Assembly: GCA_963813025.1 (NCBI GenBank)
Contig: CAWEXO010000011.1
Span: 320,001-384,000 of the forward strand
Origin: an uncultured Verrucomicrobiae bacterium
GTDB taxonomy: Bacteria > Verrucomicrobiota > Verrucomicrobiia > Chthoniobacterales > JAFAMB01
DNA length: 64,000 bases
Direction of reading: 5' to 3'
A program made the translations under genes and the position numbers. Shown one piece after another: positions 25,728 through 35,649 of this stretch; positions within the stretch are counted from its first letter, which is position 1, and the number at the start of each line of letters is the position of its first letter. The notes beneath the pieces were generated by a model. That model saw only the letters and a list, made by a program, of their open reading frames with translations. It ran no database searches and had not been told where the DNA came from.

Positions 25728-26819
25728 TCAGCTGACCAGCTGATACCAGTTATTCCGCCGACGCGGTGTGTAGCCGGCATCGGTGATCAACTCTTCGATC
25801 TCATCGCGGGTGATGCGAAACGTAGTTCCCGCCTGGCTGACAACATTTTCTTCCATCATGACCGACCCAAAATCGTTTGCTCCGTAGTGCAAGGCCAGCT
25901 GGCCGATTCGAGGCCCTTGGGTCACCCAGGAACTTTGGAAGTTCTCAATGTTGTCAAGATAGATTCGCGCCAGCGCCTGCATCCGCAGGTATTCTGCCGA
26001 ACCAACCGGATCGGCCTTCAACACCACGTTCTCGGGTTGGAAAGTCCAACAGATGAAAGCAGTGAAACCCTTCGTTCGATCCTGCAGTTCCCGGAGCCGT
26101 TCAAGATGCTCGATCCGATCCATCACCGTCTCGACATGGCCGAACATCATGGTCGCCGAACTGTGCAAACCCTCTTCGTGCGCGATCTCCATCACCCGCA
26201 GCCATTGTTCCGTATTGCATTTGAGGGGAGAGATCCGGTTGCGCACCCGATCGACCAGGATCTCACCGCCCCCGCCGGGAATAGAGCCCAGGCCCGCCTC
26301 CTTGAAACGCACAATCACTTCCCGCAGGGGCATCCGGAAGACTTCCGCGAAATGGTTAAACTCCGGCGGACTAAAAGCATGGATGTTGATCTGCGGATAC
26401 TTTTCTCGAATATGTTGCAGAAGGTTCAAATAGTAATCGATCCCGAGTTTTGGATGATGGCCGCCCTGCATCAAGATCTGGATTCCGCCAATACTCACTA
26501 GCTCATCGAGCTTTTGGTCGATCTGCTCGTGATCCAGCACATAGTGGTCTTCGTCACGTTCAGTCCGGTAAAAGGCGCAGAACTTGCAATAAACGTTGCA
26601 GACGTTGGTGTAATTGATGTTGCGATCGACGATGTACGTCACGATCTCGTTGCCGCGCCCGGCAAACGCCTCCGCCTTGGCTTGTCGCCGGCGATGATTG
26701 GCCAGGCTGCCGAGATCGGTTAAGGGCAACTGATAAAGCTTGCGCGCGTCCTCCGGCGAAATTCGCTCGCCAGCCAGAACCGCTTCGATCACATCGACTT
26801 CGTCAATCGCGGTGCTCAT
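25728..26819 (-). CDS. mqnC: Cyclic dehypoxanthinyl futalosine synthase (radical SAM)
   Basis: DRNINYTNVCNVYCKFCAF, LMQGGHHP, SIPGGGGEIL, GANDFGSVMMEENVV. Confidence 0.92.
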   Translation of the reverse strand: MSTAIDEVDVIEAVLAGERISPEDARKLYQLPLTDLGSLANHRRRQAKAEAFAGRGNEIVTYIVDRNINYTNVCNVYCKFCAFYRTERDEDHYVLDHEQIDQKLDELVSIGGIQILMQGGHHPKLGIDYYLNLLQHIREKYPQINIHAFSPPEFNHFAEVFRMPLREVIVRFKEAGLGSIPGGGGEILVDRVRNRISPLKCNTEQWLRVMEIAHEEGLHSSATMMFGHVETVMDRIEHLERLRELQDRTKGFTAFICWTFQPENVVLKADPVGSAEYLRMQALARIYLDNIENFQSSWVTQGPRIGQLALHYGANDFGSVMMEENVVSQAGTTFRITRDEIEELITDAGYTPRRRNNWYQLVS

Positions 26820-26972
26820 TAGGAAATCTTACAGTAGGCCTAGCCTGCCTCGCTCACAAACCTTTTACAGATTTGTGAGCGCTGCGCTACTGAGAAAGAG
26901 TTTGAAACATTTTGTTCGATTAATTTTCGCCTTTCGTGAAGGGATGACGTTAATCTGCAGACGGAGACGATC

Positions 26973-27992
26973 GTGGCGGACAATTTTTATCGAGAGACCG
27001 TGCAGTCGCCGAACACCGCTTTTGATCTTACACTGCGCCCGCCGCTCTTCAGTGAATTTCTGGGGCAGGTCCGGGTGCGTGAACGACTTGAATTGATGGT
27101 TCAGGCCGCCAAGCAGCGTGAAGATGTTCTCGAGCACATTCTCCTCAGCGGGCCCCCGGGGTTGGGCAAAACCTCGCTGGCTTTTATTCTGGCTAATGCC
27201 ATGGATGTCCAGATCAAAAGCACCAGCGGACCAATGATCGAAAAAGCCGGCGATCTGGCCGGATTGCTCACCACGCTCGAACGCGGTGACATTCTTTTTA
27301 TTGATGAAATTCATCGGTTGCAACCGGCCATCGAGGAATATCTCTACCCGGCGATGGAAGACTTTCGCCTCGACATCATCATCGACCAAGGTCCAAACGC
27401 CCGCAGCGTCCGGATCAACTTGCCCCAATTCACCCTCGTGGGCGCAACTACTCGCGCCGGACTAATTTCGGCGCCGCTCCGCTCGCGTTTCGGCATGGTC
27501 AGCCGATTGGATTACTACGCCGTCGAAGAGCTTGCGCAGATCGTGTTGCGCAGTGCTGGTCTGATCACCGTGACGATCGATGAGCCCGGTGCCCGCGAGA
27601 TTGCCGCTCGCTCCCGCGGAACACCGCGGGTGGCCAACAATTTGCTCCGCTGGGTCCGGGACTACGCCCAAGTACGCGAGAACGGTTCAATCAATCGACC
27701 GACCGCCGATCGCGCCCTGCAAATGCTGGATATCGATGACGACGGGCTGGATGAAATGGACAAACGTATTCTCGAAGCACTGGTAGTCCGCTTCCAAGGC
27801 GGACCAGCAGGGATCAGCTCGCTGGCGGTCGCGGTTGGCGAAGATTCCGGGACAGTCGAGGAAGTCAATGAACCTTATCTGATCCAGGAAGGTTTTATCA
27901 AGCGGACCTCGCAAGGCCGGGTGGCTATGCCAAAGGCGTACCAGAAGCTCGGGCTCGATCTACCGGCGGGGAAACCGCGGGAGCTGTTTTGA
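26973..27992 (+). CDS. ruvB: Holliday junction branch migration helicase RuvB
   Basis: [48 protein letters not shown]. Confidence 0.97.
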   Translation: MADNFYRETVQSPNTAFDLTLRPPLFSEFLGQVRVRERLELMVQAAKQREDVLEHILLSGPPGLGKTSLAFILANAMDVQIKSTSGPMIEKAGDLAGLLTTLERGDILFIDEIHRLQPAIEEYLYPAMEDFRLDIIIDQGPNARSVRINLPQFTLVGATTRAGLISAPLRSRFGMVSRLDYYAVEELAQIVLRSAGLITVTIDEPGAREIAARSRGTPRVANNLLRWVRDYAQVRENGSINRPTADRALQMLDIDDDGLDEMDKRILEALVVRFQGGPAGISSLAVAVGEDSGTVEEVNEPYLIQEGFIKRTSQGRVAMPKAYQKLGLDLPAGKPRELF

Positions 27993-28014
27993 AACGCGGG
28001 CGGCTGGATTCGGC

Positions 28015-28097
28015 CAGTGTCAGTGTCAGTGCTAGTGCTAGTGTCAGTGCCATTGTTATCGGTGATTGCTCATTGGCCATCGGTTATCGGCCATCAG
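28015..28097. repeat. YAGTGY hexamer array followed by a YYATYGG-like heptamer array
   Basis: cagtgt cagtgt cagtgc tagtgc tagtgt cagtgc (28015-28050); ttatcgg tgattgc tcattgg ccatcgg ttatcgg ccatcag (28056-28097). Confidence 0.8.
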
Positions 28098-29074
28098 CGA
28101 CTACTGACTCCCGACGCCTGTCTCCTGCTTTTCCGTGGCACTCGTGGCGCCGGCTCTTCGGCCGCCTGATATTTGATCGTGCTGGGCCAGATCAAGCGCC
28201 AGGGCTGGGCCTTTAGCTTGGTCGTCAATTCGCCGAGGTCGCCAACGATCCCGTTTACTCTGGGGAGCGCCACGTCCATCGTTCCTTGCAATCGACCCAG
28301 CGTGCCTTTCAACCGTTCCGAACTCGTGTCGAGATTGTTCAAGGTTTTCTCCAACCGATCTCCCTTCGACAATTGGGCGGTGATATCTTGCACATTGCCG
28401 AGCACTGCCTGGAGTCGATCGAGCGAACTCGTGATTGGCCCTTCTTTCCCGGTCATGAGTTTTAAGTTCCCGCCAACTTCCCGGAAATTGGTTAATGTGC
28501 CATCAAGGTTCGTTACCAAGACGGAGTCCTTTTCGGTCAATCGCGTGAGGTTCTGAGCGGTGTGCCGTAGCTGGATCAGGGTTGAGGTAGTCTCGCGCAG
28601 GGCTGGATCAAGTCTTTGTATAATCACCGGCCCGATCTCGCCAAGATCCGGCGCGCGAACTCCGACAAATGTGTCTCCGGATCGGGCGAGACCAGAGTCG
28701 GGGTTACCGTTTGTGAAATCGACAACCAGATCGGCCAGGAGACCGAAGGTTCGCATCGTGACCCTGGTCTGGCGATAAAGCCGCGCGTCCGAGGAAACCT
28801 CGACCGTAATATCCGCTTCATAATCGCCCTTGCCAGGAGGTCGCCGTTCCGGCGGCACCGGTGAACTGATGTTGCTGACGATCCCGATCTTTCTTCCAGC
28901 GAGCATGACCGAGGCTCCGGGTTTTATCCCCGCAGCATTATCGAAAAATACGTCAAACCGATGCAATGGCCTGAACAGGCCGGGAGAATAGAGATAGAGG
29001 ACGAGGCCAACGGCCAGACCGATAGTCAGAATCACCAGTAGGCCGGTGCGGACTTCATTCCGAAGTATTTGCAT
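28094..29074 (-). CDS. mlaD: MlaD/MCE family substrate-binding protein
   Basis: EVRTGLLV TM helix, FDNAAGIKPGASVMLAGRKIG MCE motif, helical C-terminus. Confidence 0.85.
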   Translation of the reverse strand: MQILRNEVRTGLLVILTIGLAVGLVLYLYSPGLFRPLHRFDVFFDNAAGIKPGASVMLAGRKIGIVSNISSPVPPERRPPGKGDYEADITVEVSSDARLYRQTRVTMRTFGLLADLVVDFTNGNPDSGLARSGDTFVGVRAPDLGEIGPVIIQRLDPALRETTSTLIQLRHTAQNLTRLTEKDSVLVTNLDGTLTNFREVGGNLKLMTGKEGPITSSLDRLQAVLGNVQDITAQLSKGDRLEKTLNNLDTSSERLKGTLGRLQGTMDVALPRVNGIVGDLGELTTKLKAQPWRLIWPSTIKYQAAEEPAPRVPRKSRRQASGVSSR

Positions 29075-29840
29075 GAGGTTGGCTTTCCGTAATGGGCCCT
29101 TCGGTTTCTCCGGTCACGAACTGGCGCACAATTGGATTCGTCGAACGCCGGAACGCTTGCGGTGTGCCGTCTTGAATGATCTTTCCCTGATAAAGCATGG
29201 CCATTCTCGTCCCAATCCGAAATGCGCTTTCCATTTCGTGGGTGACGATGACCGATGTCGTATTTGTTTTCTCCGTCAAGTTGATGATCAATTCGTCGAT
29301 GACTGAGCTGATGACCGGATCCAGGCCGGCCGTGGGTTCATCAAACAAAATGAGCTCCGGATCCATGATCAGCGCCCGGGCAAGACTGACCCGCTTGCGC
29401 ATCCCGCCGCTCAATTCAGAAGGCATCCTGTCTTCGGTGCCGCTCATTCCGACCAAGGCCAGCTTCTCCTCGATCAAAGCGTTGATCTCTTTCCGGCGCT
29501 TGCGTCCAAGCTCCTCGAGCGGCAAAGCCAGATTCTCCCGGACGTTCATCGAACTGATCAGCGCCGAGTACTGGTAGACCATACCGATCCGGGTGCGTAG
29601 CAGGTTGAGTTTGCTCCGCGAAAGCCGGTGGATCGGCAGCTTTTTGTAACGCACGATTCCAGTGGTCGGACGCAAGATGCCGAGAATCAGACGGAGGGTC
29701 GTGCTTTTGCCGCCCCCGCTTTGCCCGAGAATGACCAGGCGATCCCGTTGCGCGATCTTGAGATTCAAGCTATCCAGCACCGTTTTGTCTCCCAAACGCA
29801 GCGTAACGTTCTCCAGATGGATCAAAGGAAGATCGCTCAT
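29055..29840 (-). CDS. mlaF: Mla ABC transporter ATP-binding protein
   Basis: GQSGGGKST, ELSGGMRKRVSLARA, FDEPTAGLDP, VTHEM. Confidence 0.9.
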   Translation of the reverse strand: MSDLPLIHLENVTLRLGDKTVLDSLNLKIAQRDRLVILGQSGGGKSTTLRLILGILRPTTGIVRYKKLPIHRLSRSKLNLLRTRIGMVYQYSALISSMNVRENLALPLEELGRKRRKEINALIEEKLALVGMSGTEDRMPSELSGGMRKRVSLARALIMDPELILFDEPTAGLDPVISSVIDELIINLTEKTNTTSVIVTHEMESAFRIGTRMAMLYQGKIIQDGTPQAFRRSTNPIVRQFVTGETEGPITESQPHANTSE

Positions 29841-30715
29841 CCTCCACCTTTCCCGGTGAGAAGGATGTTGAACAGCGTATCAAACCCGATCACTGAAGTG
29901 ATCGCCTCAACCACGCTGTCGGTGGTAGCCCGGCCGACACCCTCAGCTCCACCGACGACGGTGAGACCACGGAAACAAGCAATCAATCCGATCACCAGAC
30001 CAAAAAACATTGCTTTGAATAATCCGGTGATGATGTCGCTAATATAAAGACTGTTCAGTACTGCATCGAAGTAGAAAGCGGGCACCAGGTTCAGCGCTGT
30101 CCAGGAAATCAAGGCAGAACCGACGAGCGCCGCGCAAGTTGAAATAACCGAAAGACAGGGCATCAGGCAGCTGATCGCTACCAGGCGAGGCGCGACCAGA
30201 AAGCGCAAAGGGCCGATGCCCATGGCCTCGATCGCTTCGACCTCCTCGGCGACCTGCATCGTTCCCAATTCGGCCGTGTAGGCCGCCCCGATGCGAGCCG
30301 CCAGGACAATGCCCGTCAAAAGGGGTCCGAGTTCCCGAGTAAAGGCGATGGCGATCAGGGTCGGCACGAGCCTTTGGGTCCCAAACTTCGCGAGCTGGTA
30401 TCCGGTCAGCAGCGCCATTGTTAGCCCGAGAAAAAACGAGACCGTCAACACCAGAGGTACCGAGCCCACGCCTGTCCGATCAGTCTGCGCGAAAAACGAC
30501 GCTGGCCGGAAAGGCAGCCGCCCGCGGCCAACATTGTCCGCCATCTCTCCTACCGTGTTGAGCAAGAGCCAAAAGATGCTACCGACGATAACGAGCGCTT
30601 GTCTTGTGTAATAACCGATCCGATAAAGCAATCCGACAACACAGACGAACTTTGTGCCCGGGTCAATGGCGTATCGGCGTGGGGCCTGGCGTATGGGCGT
30701 GTCGCCGTACGCCAA
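29837..30715 (-). CDS. mlaE: Mla ABC transporter permease (true start probably further downstream, about 30630-30650)
   Basis: RELGPLLTGIVLAARIGAAYTAELGTMQVAEEVEAIEAMGI, GGAEGVGRATT. Confidence 0.9.
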   Translation of the reverse strand: MAYGDTPIRQAPRRYAIDPGTKFVCVVGLLYRIGYYTRQALVIVGSIFWLLLNTVGEMADNVGRGRLPFRPASFFAQTDRTGVGSVPLVLTVSFFLGLTMALLTGYQLAKFGTQRLVPTLIAIAFTRELGPLLTGIVLAARIGAAYTAELGTMQVAEEVEAIEAMGIGPLRFLVAPRLVAISCLMPCLSVISTCAALVGSALISWTALNLVPAFYFDAVLNSLYISDIITGLFKAMFFGLVIGLIACFRGLTVVGGAEGVGRATTDSVVEAITSVIGFDTLFNILLTGKGGG

Positions 30716-30721
30716 TACGCC
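30668..30721. repeat. GGCGTRTS octamer array with inverted half
   Basis: ggcgtatc ggcgtggg..ggcgtatg ggcgtgtc followed by acgccaatacgcc. Confidence 0.6.
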
Positions 30722-30768
30722 CTTTCCTCCGAAGATATGGTATCTAGTAGAAGGGGCTTCTCTACCAA

Positions 30769-32580
30769 ATGCGTACGATTTTTCGCGTCTTCGCCTACAC
30801 TCGCCGATATCCCTGGATGGCCGGCATCACGCTTTGCTGCGCGATTGCAGCCACGTCGATGGTAGTAATTTTTCCGAGCGTTACCCAGCGCATCATTGAC
30901 GAGGCCATTCGCGGTCACAAGCCGCAACTGATTCTTCCTCTGACCCTATTGGCCGCGGGCTCCTTCCTTCTTCAGGAGGTGCTGAATCATCTCCGGGTCG
31001 TGTGGAACAACACCTTTGAGCAGAATGTGATCTGCGATCTACGGAGCGATCTTTACCAGCGGATCCAAAAACTGCCGCTCGCCTGGTTCGATCAACGGTC
31101 CACCGGCGACATCATGACTCGCGTTCTCGAAGACGTCGCGGCAGTGGAACGCGTCATCATCGATGGCATCGAGCTCGGCTCGGTCGCGCTCCTCCAAATC
31201 ACTGTCGTGCTGATCCTGATGTTTCGGGCGAACGCGCGCCTGGCCTGGTTCGCCCTTCTCCCTCTTCCTTTCCTCATCGCCGGCGCGTTGCTCTACACTC
31301 TTACCGCGAAAAATCGGTACAGGTTGCAGCGCCAAGCCTCGTCGGCCATGAACACGCTTCTTCATGATAACATCTCCGGTATCCGGCAGCTGAAGGCCTA
31401 TGCCCGGGAAGACTCGGAACATCGTAGTTTCAACCGAGCAAGCCGGCGACTGGCCGACGCCACACTGGTCGTGATGCGGACCTGGGCGATCTACTCTCCG
31501 ACGATGGATTTTCTGAACAACTTCGGCCTGGCGTTGGTCACGGGATTAGGGGGGATGGCTGTCATCCGAGGCGAACTCGACCTCGGCAAACTGGTGGCGT
31601 ACCTGATTCTGGTCCGTTTTCTCTATGAGCCCATCGGACGTTTGCACAGCTTGAATCAACTTCTTCAAGCTGGCCGCGCGGCAGGTGAACGGGTTTTCGA
31701 AATCCTCGATGCTGAACCGGAGCCGGATGCCGGCCAGAAAATCCTGCAGGTCGATGATGTCATCGGCCGGATCGATTTTGAGCAGGTCGAGTTCAGTTAT
31801 CAGAATAATCGACGGGCGGTTCATGACATCAATTTCACTGTTTTACCAGGCCAAACCGTTGCTCTGGTCGGCCCCACCGGGGCCGGAAAATCGACTTTAG
31901 TAAGCCTTTTGCTCCGCTTTTATGAGATTGATCGCGGGCGTATTCTGATTGACGGACACGCCTTGGCAGATTTCACGAAAAAATCTCTCCGGGAAGCCAT
32001 CGGATACGTTACTCAGGAGACTTTTCTTTTTAACGGCACGATCCGGGAAAATCTCTTGCTCGGAAATGCGCGGGCTTCGGACAAAGAAATCGCCGCTGCA
32101 ATAAAGGCGGCTAACGCCGAGCACTTTATCCGCCAATTACCGGATGGTCTCGAAACAAACGTCGGAGAGCGAGGCGTGAAATTGAGCGGGGGCGAAAAGC
32201 AACGCATTTCCATTGCGCGCGCCCTTTTGAAAAATCCGCCTATCCTGGTCCTGGATGAGGCAACGGCTTCCGTGGATACGGAAACGGAACGGCAGATCCA
32301 GGAAGCGCTCAATCGGCTTCTGGCTGGACGAACCAGCTTCGTGATCGCGCATCGGCTCTCGACCGTGCGCCACGCCGATCAGATCCTGGTGCTGCAGATG
32401 GGGCACATCGTCGAGCGCGGCACGCATGAGGAGCTACTCCTCCAGGACGGCAAATATGCACAGCTTTGCCGCAGCGGTCTATTCCTGGAACTCGGCCAAA
32501 TCAACGGGATCGAAACCGAGGAATTGGTATCCATCTCCGAGCCTGGGGCTCCTAAGGAAAACTCGCGCTTTGATCCGTAA
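30769..32580 (+). CDS. ABC exporter, fused permease/ATP-binding (MsbA/MdlB-like)
   Basis: N-terminal TM domain, GPTGAGKST, LSGGEKQR, LDEATASVD, IAHRLST. Confidence 0.93.
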   Translation: MRTIFRVFAYTRRYPWMAGITLCCAIAATSMVVIFPSVTQRIIDEAIRGHKPQLILPLTLLAAGSFLLQEVLNHLRVVWNNTFEQNVICDLRSDLYQRIQKLPLAWFDQRSTGDIMTRVLEDVAAVERVIIDGIELGSVALLQITVVLILMFRANARLAWFALLPLPFLIAGALLYTLTAKNRYRLQRQASSAMNTLLHDNISGIRQLKAYAREDSEHRSFNRASRRLADATLVVMRTWAIYSPTMDFLNNFGLALVTGLGGMAVIRGELDLGKLVAYLILVRFLYEPIGRLHSLNQLLQAGRAAGERVFEILDAEPEPDAGQKILQVDDVIGRIDFEQVEFSYQNNRRAVHDINFTVLPGQTVALVGPTGAGKSTLVSLLLRFYEIDRGRILIDGHALADFTKKSLREAIGYVTQETFLFNGTIRENLLLGNARASDKEIAAAIKAANAEHFIRQLPDGLETNVGERGVKLSGGEKQRISIARALLKNPPILVLDEATASVDTETERQIQEALNRLLAGRTSFVIAHRLSTVRHADQILVLQMGHIVERGTHEELLLQDGKYAQLCRSGLFLELGQINGIETEELVSISEPGAPKENSRFDP

Positions 32581-32583
32581 GGA

Positions 32584-32804
32584 AGTGTAGTGCCAGTGTC
32601 AGTGTGTGTAGCGTCTCAGTGCTGTGTGTCGGTAAGCGACAGCTTATTCGAGCACCAGGCGAGAAACTTATTGTGCCGTAATGCCCGTGACAGTCTCACG
32701 ATGGGTAATTTCACGGGAAACAATCAATTCGGAGAAAATGGGACAGAGATCGTTGAAGGTACAACCGCAAAAACTCACCACACTGGCTAGCACTAGCACT
32801 GGCA
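32584..32804. repeat. Inverted pair of YAGTGY hexamer arrays around a ~150-bp core
   Basis: agtg tagtgc cagtgt cagtgt.. at 32584-32630; cactg gcta gcacta gcactg gca at 32781-32804. Confidence 0.65.
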
Positions 32805-32811
32805 TCCTGAG

Positions 32812-32873
32812 CTCCTGCAACTCCTGCAACTCCTTGAACTCCTTGAACTCCTCGAACTCCTCGAACTCCTGAA
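32812..32873. repeat. Nonamer tandem array CTCCTNNAA
   Basis: ctcctgcaa x2, ctccttgaa x2, ctcctcgaa x2, then ctcctgaa; abuts the hrpB start. Confidence 0.9.
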
Positions 32874-32874
32874 C

Positions 32875-35397
32875 TTGAACAACTCTCTCCCCATCTTCGA
32901 ACTCGAACACCAGATCGTCGAATGTCTCCGAGCATGTCCCCGCCTGGTTTTGCAGGCTCCGACTGGCTCGGGCAAGTCGACCCAGGTACCCCAGATACTG
33001 CGCGACAGCGGGGTTTCCGGCGATGGCCAGATCATCATTTTGCAGCCGCGCCGCTTACCTACCCGCATGCTGGCTGCCCGGATCGCGCAAGAGCGGAGTA
33101 CTCGTTTGGGCGAGGAGGTCGGCTACCAGATTCGGCTCGACAACGTTTCTAGTCCGCGAACCAAAATCCGTTTTGTTACTGAAGGTGTGCTGCTCCGGCA
33201 GATGGTCGGCGATCCTGCCCTCCGGGGCGTGTCTGTCGTTATCTTTGATGAGTTCCACGAGCGGCACCTCTATGGGGATGTGGCACTCGCGCGGGCCCGG
33301 GAGATTCAGCAAACGACGCGGCCCGACCTCAAAATCGTCGTCATGTCCGCGACGCTCGATACCAGGCTGGTGTGTTCTTATCTGGACCCTTGTGAAGTGC
33401 TGACCTCCGCCGGACGGACATTCCCGGTCACCGTTGAATTTCTCAAACGCCAGGTCGTTGATGAGCCGCCTTGGGAATTGGCTGCCGATGCCCTGCTTCA
33501 AGCGGAGGACGATGGCGGCGACGTCCTGATTTTTATGCCGGGCGCATACGAAATCGCCCGCACCATCGAGGAGATAAAGCGGGCGAAGTTTCGCGGGATC
33601 ATCCTTCCGCTCCACGGAGACCTCTCTCCGCGGGCTCAGGACGCGGCGGTGGCTGGTTACCCTCAACGCAAGGTCGTTGTCTCGACCAACGTGGCCGAGA
33701 CGTCGTTGACCATCGACGGCGTTACTCTGGTCATTGATAGCGGTCTGGCCAAGATCGCGAAATACGATCCGCATCGCGGCATCAACACGCTGATCGTTGG
33801 GAAGATCAGCCGGGCCGCGGCAGAGCAGCGGGCCGGTCGAGCCGGTCGGACCGCCCCCGGCAAATGTCTTCGTCTTTGGCCGGAGAAAGACCATCTCGAG
33901 CGTCGCGCGCAAGACCTGCCGGAGATCAGGCGTCTTGACCTGGCGGAGGTCGTCTTAAATCTCAAGGCCTCAGGCGTAACCGATCTCCCACGTTTCGGCT
34001 GGATCGAACCTCCCGAGATCAAGTCGCTGGCCCGAGCAACCGAGCTGCTCGAGGACCTGGGCGCGATCGATCGCCGGACCGCGGTCATTACCTCGCTCGG
34101 CCGGCGCATGCTTTCCTTCCCGGTACACCCCCGGTATTCGCGGATGTTGCTGATGGCCAATGAACTGGGTTGCGTGGGAAGCGTCGCGCTGATCGCCGCG
34201 CTTACCCAGGAGCGTTCTCTCCTTCGGAAAAGTGAAAGCCAGCAACTCGATCACGAGCGCGAGCTGCTCCTCGGGAACGAAGCCGAATCCGATTTCCTGA
34301 TCCTCATCCGGGCGTGGCTCTACGCGCTTGAACATGGCCCCGATCAGGCGCGCCGCCTGGGTCTTCGTTTTAGAGTTGCCCAGCAAGTTGACCTGCTTTA
34401 CCGGCAATTTTTGGACCTGGCCAAGGCCGAGGGCCTCACCATCAATTCTCCGCCAGACCGGTTTTCGGCAGAGGCGCTCGGCAAGTGCCTGCTGGCGGGG
34501 TTTTCCGATCATCTGGCAAAGCGAACAGACGCCGGTACGCTTCGTTGCGATCTGGTTCATCATCGCCAAGGTGTCCTCGCGCGAGAAAGCGTGGTCCAAA
34601 AGAGCCCATTGCTGGTGGCGGCAGAGATCAGAGAGATCCAAGGCCGGGATGAGGAACTGCTGGTTCTCCTCTCCTTGGCGACCGCTGTCCGCGAGGAATG
34701 GTTGCGAGAACTCTATCCGGACGATCTCCGCGAGACAGACGATCTCGCTTACGATCCGGGTTTGCGCCGAGTGATTGCCCGGCGAACGCTCCGGTTTCGG
34801 GAGCTCTCTCTGCGAGTTACGCAGACTACTCCGGAACCGAACGAGCAGACGGCTCGGGTGCTGGCAGCCGAGGTCCTGCAGGGACGCTGTCCGCTTTCCC
34901 ACTGGACCCATGAGGTGGACCAATGGATCGCTCGGCTTAATTGTTTGGCGGAGTGGATGCCCGAACTGCGCCTGCCAGCGATCGGGACGGCAGAACGACA
35001 GGATCTCGTGAGCCAGATTTGTCTCGGCGCCACTTCCTACCGCGAAATCAAAGAGCGTCCGGTTTGGCCCGTGGTAAAGTCGTGGCTTTCGGCGAAGCAA
35101 CAATCTTTGCTCGATCGTCTCGCGCCGGAACGCATTGAGTTGCCCCAAGGCAGACGCGCCAAACTCAGCTACACTGAGGGCCAGTCGCCAATCCTCTCAG
35201 CGCGGATCCAAGATCTCTATGGCGTCGACGGATCCCTGAAAGTCTGCAGCGGCCGTGTGCCCGTATTGATCCACGTTCTGGCGCCAAACCATCGTCCCGT
35301 CCAGATCACCCGTGACCTCAACACGTTCTGGCAGGAAGCTTATCCCAAAATCAGGCAAGAGCTGAAACGGAAGTATCCCAAACACGAATGGCGATAG
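32875..35397 (+). CDS. hrpB: ATP-dependent RNA helicase HrpB
   Basis: APTGSGKST, DEFHER, MSAT, TNVAETSLTIDGV, QRAGRAGR, C-terminal LAPNHRPVQITRDL.FW..YP..KYPKHEW. Confidence 0.95.
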   Translation: MNNSLPIFELEHQIVECLRACPRLVLQAPTGSGKSTQVPQILRDSGVSGDGQIIILQPRRLPTRMLAARIAQERSTRLGEEVGYQIRLDNVSSPRTKIRFVTEGVLLRQMVGDPALRGVSVVIFDEFHERHLYGDVALARAREIQQTTRPDLKIVVMSATLDTRLVCSYLDPCEVLTSAGRTFPVTVEFLKRQVVDEPPWELAADALLQAEDDGGDVLIFMPGAYEIARTIEEIKRAKFRGIILPLHGDLSPRAQDAAVAGYPQRKVVVSTNVAETSLTIDGVTLVIDSGLAKIAKYDPHRGINTLIVGKISRAAAEQRAGRAGRTAPGKCLRLWPEKDHLERRAQDLPEIRRLDLAEVVLNLKASGVTDLPRFGWIEPPEIKSLARATELLEDLGAIDRRTAVITSLGRRMLSFPVHPRYSRMLLMANELGCVGSVALIAALTQERSLLRKSESQQLDHERELLLGNEAESDFLILIRAWLYALEHGPDQARRLGLRFRVAQQVDLLYRQFLDLAKAEGLTINSPPDRFSAEALGKCLLAGFSDHLAKRTDAGTLRCDLVHHRQGVLARESVVQKSPLLVAAEIREIQGRDEELLVLLSLATAVREEWLRELYPDDLRETDDLAYDPGLRRVIARRTLRFRELSLRVTQTTPEPNEQTARVLAAEVLQGRCPLSHWTHEVDQWIARLNCLAEWMPELRLPAIGTAERQDLVSQICLGATSYREIKERPVWPVVKSWLSAKQQSLLDRLAPERIELPQGRRAKLSYTEGQSPILSARIQDLYGVDGSLKVCSGRVPVLIHVLAPNHRPVQITRDLNTFWQEAYPKIRQELKRKYPKHEWR

Positions 35398-35402
35398 TTG
35401 GC

Positions 35403-35649
35403 AGCTGAGCAGCTGGTCAGGTAACAGTCAATCGAGCGGAGGGAGCGGCTTCAGCGGCGCGAGGTAGCTGGGCAGCTGAAGAACTCCGAACAGGTTGGTA
35501 TCCTGATGTTAAAATAGCTTCCGATTATTCGGCGTCTGAGCGGATCGTCAGTTTTTCAGTTCCTGAGCTTACACGCTACCTTCCTCCGCTGAAGCCGCTC
35601 CCTCCGCTCCCTCCGCTCGATTGACTGTTACCTGACCAGTTGCTCAGCT
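35403..35649. mobile_element. ~250-bp long-inverted-repeat element (MITE/REPIN-like), copy 1
   Basis: ~55-70-bp inverted arms AGCTGAGCAGCTGGTCAGGTAACAGTCAATCGAGCGGAGGGAGCGGCTTCAGCGG; homologous copies at 37712, 44342 and 45966; mobility is inferred. Confidence 0.8.

Noticed and set aside
32812..32873. CRISPR array
   Set aside because: 9-bp tandem units without spacers; no 25-45-bp repeat-spacer pattern or cas gene seen anywhere in the window.
32668..33068. Low-complexity ORFs (EFEEFEEFKEFKELQELQEL, SRSSRSSR)
   Set aside because: Translations of the nonamer DNA array, antisense to hrpB.
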